DNA of 64,000 nucleotides from Thecamonas trahens ATCC 50062 (Eukaryota; Protista; Apusomonadida), in NCBI RefSeq assembly GCF_000142905.1, contig NW_013657669.1, forward strand, positions 496,001-560,000, written 5' to 3'. This document shows, piece after piece, positions 60,874-64,000 of the stretch. Position 1 is the stretch's first letter. Each line of letters begins with the position of its first letter. The translations under genes and the position numbers were made by a program. The notes under the pieces are model-generated. The model was given only the letters and a program-made list of their open reading frames with translations. It searched no databases and was not told the DNA's origin.

Positions 60874-63800
60874 ATGTCCGAGGCCACATACATGGAGGAG
60901 GCTCACGAGCTGGAGGCATTGCTCAACCCTCCGCTTTCCGCCACTACGGCTCCTGGCGAGCTTGTCCGCATCCAGCGGAGGTTCCAGACTGTGGTACGTG
61001 TTCCCTTTGGCTGTGCACCCCTCGACATGGTGGTGTGGTGGAGGTGAAGGTTTTGGGCGGGAACCTTCCCGCGCGTTTCCCACGTCCCCCCCCCCCCCCC
61101 CCACGCACGGACTTTGAATGACGAGCCACTGGAGACTTGCTCCGAGGTGGAGATGTCCATCGCTTTTGCGACGTTGAACGCCGACTAATATGGCGCGCTA
61201 GATCTCGAAGAAGTCCATTTTTTGTGCCGACGACCTCAGAAGGTGAGAAGTGAAAACTGGACCTGAAAACCGGCCCTTGACATCAAGCCAATTAAGAATA
61301 TTATACCGTCCGGACGTTGTGGAGCTGACGAAAATGAATATTGACAGTATGACCGCCATGCTCTGCATCTATCGCGCGACCATCCATCTTCCACCGGATC
61401 TCGGAGAGCGAGGGCNNNNNNNNNNNNNNNNNNNNNNNNNNNNNNNNNNNNNNNNNNNNNNNNNNNNNNNNNNNNNNNNNNNNNNNNNNNNNNNNNNNNN
61501 NNNNNNNNNNNNNNNTCTCCCCTCTGGGCATAGCCAGACAGAGACTCATGCAGAACAAGGAGGTTGGTACTGTGGCGGGTATGTAGCTGGACAAGTACCT
61601 GGAGCAGCCGCAGCTACTAGACCCGCATCTTGGATCGCTGCTGCCGCCGCTGTTTGTGAGTCTGGAGGAGGCACTTGCTGGCGCGGGGCGCAATGATGGT
61701 GCGGCCCTGGCCGACGCTGAGCACGTCCAAGCCGCGCTGTTCATCATTTACTGCTTTGCCAAGGTTCGTGGCGTGGCAACTGTTGCCCGATTCTTCCCGC
61801 ACGCGCCCAAGGACGTCGAGCCTGTCCTTGCGCTCCTGCATGGCCTCGACCCGACGGATCCGGATCGATGGGCAGCGCGGTATGTGTGCCTCCTCTGGGC
61901 GTCGATTGTCATCATGGTCCCGTTTGGCCTTGAGTCGATTGACTCGCACGGCTCGCTTGTGGATGACTTGCTGGCACTGGCCAAGACGTACCTGGCCGAT
62001 GCGTCGCGGGCGTCCGAGGCCGCGGCTCTGCTGGTAGCGGCGATGCTTGCCCGGCGCGACCTCGTCACCAACTATCTCGCTGCATTTGTAGGATGGGCAA
62101 TGAGCAAATTGCAGAGCGCAGACGGACATGGCCAGAGCGTGCCAGGCGTGCTCCTGGCGCTGATCGAGACGTTTAAGCGCGGCGCGCGCGCGGATCTGCT
62201 CCCGCTGGTGGGCCAGGTTCTCCCGCTGGCTCTGAGCATTGCTAGCAGCGCATCATCGATGCTTGTGCGCGACCGCTCGGTCCGGCTGGTTGAGCGGCTT
62301 GGCCTCACATACCTCAAGCCCACAGTGCCGGCTTGGCGGTACCAGCGGGGAGGGCGCGCGGCGGTGGCGGCCGCGCTTGCCGGCAAAGCCGCTCGCGCCG
62401 AGAGCCCGTCGGCGGCGGCAGCGGCGGGAGACATCGGCACCAATTCGTACTCAGACTCTGAGTATGAGAGCGACGATGACGACGAAGTTGACGAGAACAT
62501 CGACCCGATTGTTCACGTGCTGTTGCAGGGGCTCTCGGCGCGCGAGAACAACGTGCGGTGGAGCGCAGCGGCGGGGCTTGGGCGGATCTGTGAGCGTCTT
62601 CCATCCGAGTTTGCGGCCGAGGTTGTGGACAACATTGTGGGCCTCCTCTCACCGGTCCAGCCCGAGACGGCGTGGCATGGCGCGTGCCTTGCGCTGGCCG
62701 AGCTTGCGCGGCGCGGCCTTCTGCTGCCGGGCCACTTGAGCGTGGTGGTGAAGCGTGTGCTCGAGGCACTGGCGTACGACGTCATGATCGGGACTCGTGC
62801 GGTTGGAGCCAACATTCGCGACGCGGCGTGCTACGTGTGCTGGGCGTTTGCACGGGCGTACGACGCGGCGGTGCTGCAGCCAGTCTCGCTGTCGCTGGCA
62901 CAAGGCCTTGTGGTTACCGCGCTCACGGACCGCGAGGTCAACTGCCGGCGGGCAGGTGCAGCTGCGCTGCAGGAGCTGGTGGGCCGGCTCGGTGGACGGG
63001 CCATCCCGCACGGGATCGAGATCATCACGACGGTCGACTTTTTGCGGTCGGCGGTCTCGCCGGCGCGTTTGAGCTCTCGCGGTTTGTGGCGTCGTACGCC
63101 GAGTATGCCGAGGCGGTCTTTGTGACTCTAATGAGTAAGACGAGCCACTGGGACGCGGGCATTCGCAGCTTGGCTGCCAAGGCGCTGGCCTCAATCTTTG
63201 ACCTCGTCTCGGAGCAGATCCTGACGACGGCGGTACCGCAGTGGCTGGAAGCCGCACGGGCGCGGGCGGTGAGCATCCGCCACGGTGCGCTGTTGGCGCT
63301 CGGTCACGTCCTCCATGCTGCAGCGGTGGATGGGCTCGATGGGGCGTGCGATGTCAGTGCTCTGGTTGCGCTCATTCCCGAGTACGACGCCGCACGCAAG
63401 TTCAAGGGTGTCGCCGGCGTGCTGACCCGAAAGGGCATGCTCGAGCTCGTCTCACTGGTCTCGAGTGCAGGACTGGCTTTGAGCGATGATGACCGGGCAA
63501 TTGTCCTCGAGTTTGTGCTGGCCTCGTTCCGCGCTCCCGAGGCCGTGGAGGACGCCAAGGCGGCGCTGTCGGCGTTTGGCCAAGTTCATTTGATGGCCGA
63601 AGACGGCGAGCTGAGTCTGGCACGGGTCGCCGAGCGGGTGGCGCGGTCTGCCAGGACGAATCCGGAGCCGATTGCGTCTGCGTTTGTGGGCGCGCTGGGC
63701 GCGCTGCCATATGCGAGCAGCGATGCGCGCGGCGGAGCGAACTCGCCGCTGTGGGCACCACTCGGAGTGCTGCTGGATCTGATGCAGAGCGGAGCGCCTC

Positions 63801-64000
63801 CGGCTCGACGCGAAGCGACCAAATCGCTGGTCACGCTCGTTGTCACGACCGAGTTGGTGGCAGCGGCGCTGAGCGGCGACGAGGTGGCGATTGAGTATGG
63901 GCGGCAGACAGTGAGCGCGCTTGTGGGTGCGCTCGACGACTACACGCGGACCGAGGACGGTGACGTCGGCTCGTGGGTGCGCATGGAGGCAATGCGCGGC
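60874..64000 (+). CDS. TBCD: Tubulin-specific chaperone D, 3' partial; exons 60874-60993, 61587->64000; 1-nt frame break at ~63040
   Basis: LDKYLEQPQLLDPHL, KVRG...RFFPH, VRWSAAAGLGRI, WHGACLALAELARRGLLLP, RDAACYVCWAFARAY, DREVNCRRA. The shifted frame continues HWDAGIRSLAAKAL...DDYT...GDVGSWVR. Confidence 0.95.

Noticed and set aside
61656-63125. TBCD (and DDA1) as pseudogenes
   Set aside because: Conservation continues intact after a single homopolymer-associated break, so a sequencing error is far more likely.

Overview
This is GC-rich eukaryotic nuclear DNA from a draft assembly with four N gaps. It carries about 28 densely packed protein-coding genes and a few spliceosomal introns (5' site mostly GTACGY, branch-like ACTCAY). 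The gene content and style suggest a flagellated protist, possibly an apusomonad such as Thecamonas; this is inference only. Confidently recognised genes: PRPP synthetase-like, a RapGAP+CNH (GARNL3-like) protein, SmF, a PanB-PanE fusion, KdsB, centrin-3, ABCE1/RLI1, SPCS1, IMP3, SEL1L/Hrd3, DDA1-SAP, a sterol desaturase/C4-methyl oxidase-family enzyme and TBCD (partial). Most notable observations: (1) an unannotated box C/D snoRNA in SmF intron 2 with a guide complementary to LSU rRNA; (2) bacterial-type enzymes with mitochondrial-like leaders (PanB-PanE fusion, KdsB); (3) a degenerate PPP pseudophosphatase head-to-head with a centrin whose ATG appears split by an intron; (4) a non-integrin receptor with an integrin-beta-like double NPxY tail; (5) a bacterial DUF1444-like gene; (6) six frame breaks that are all repaired by adding one base, most likely assembly errors. 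I saw no CRISPR array, rRNA or tRNA.
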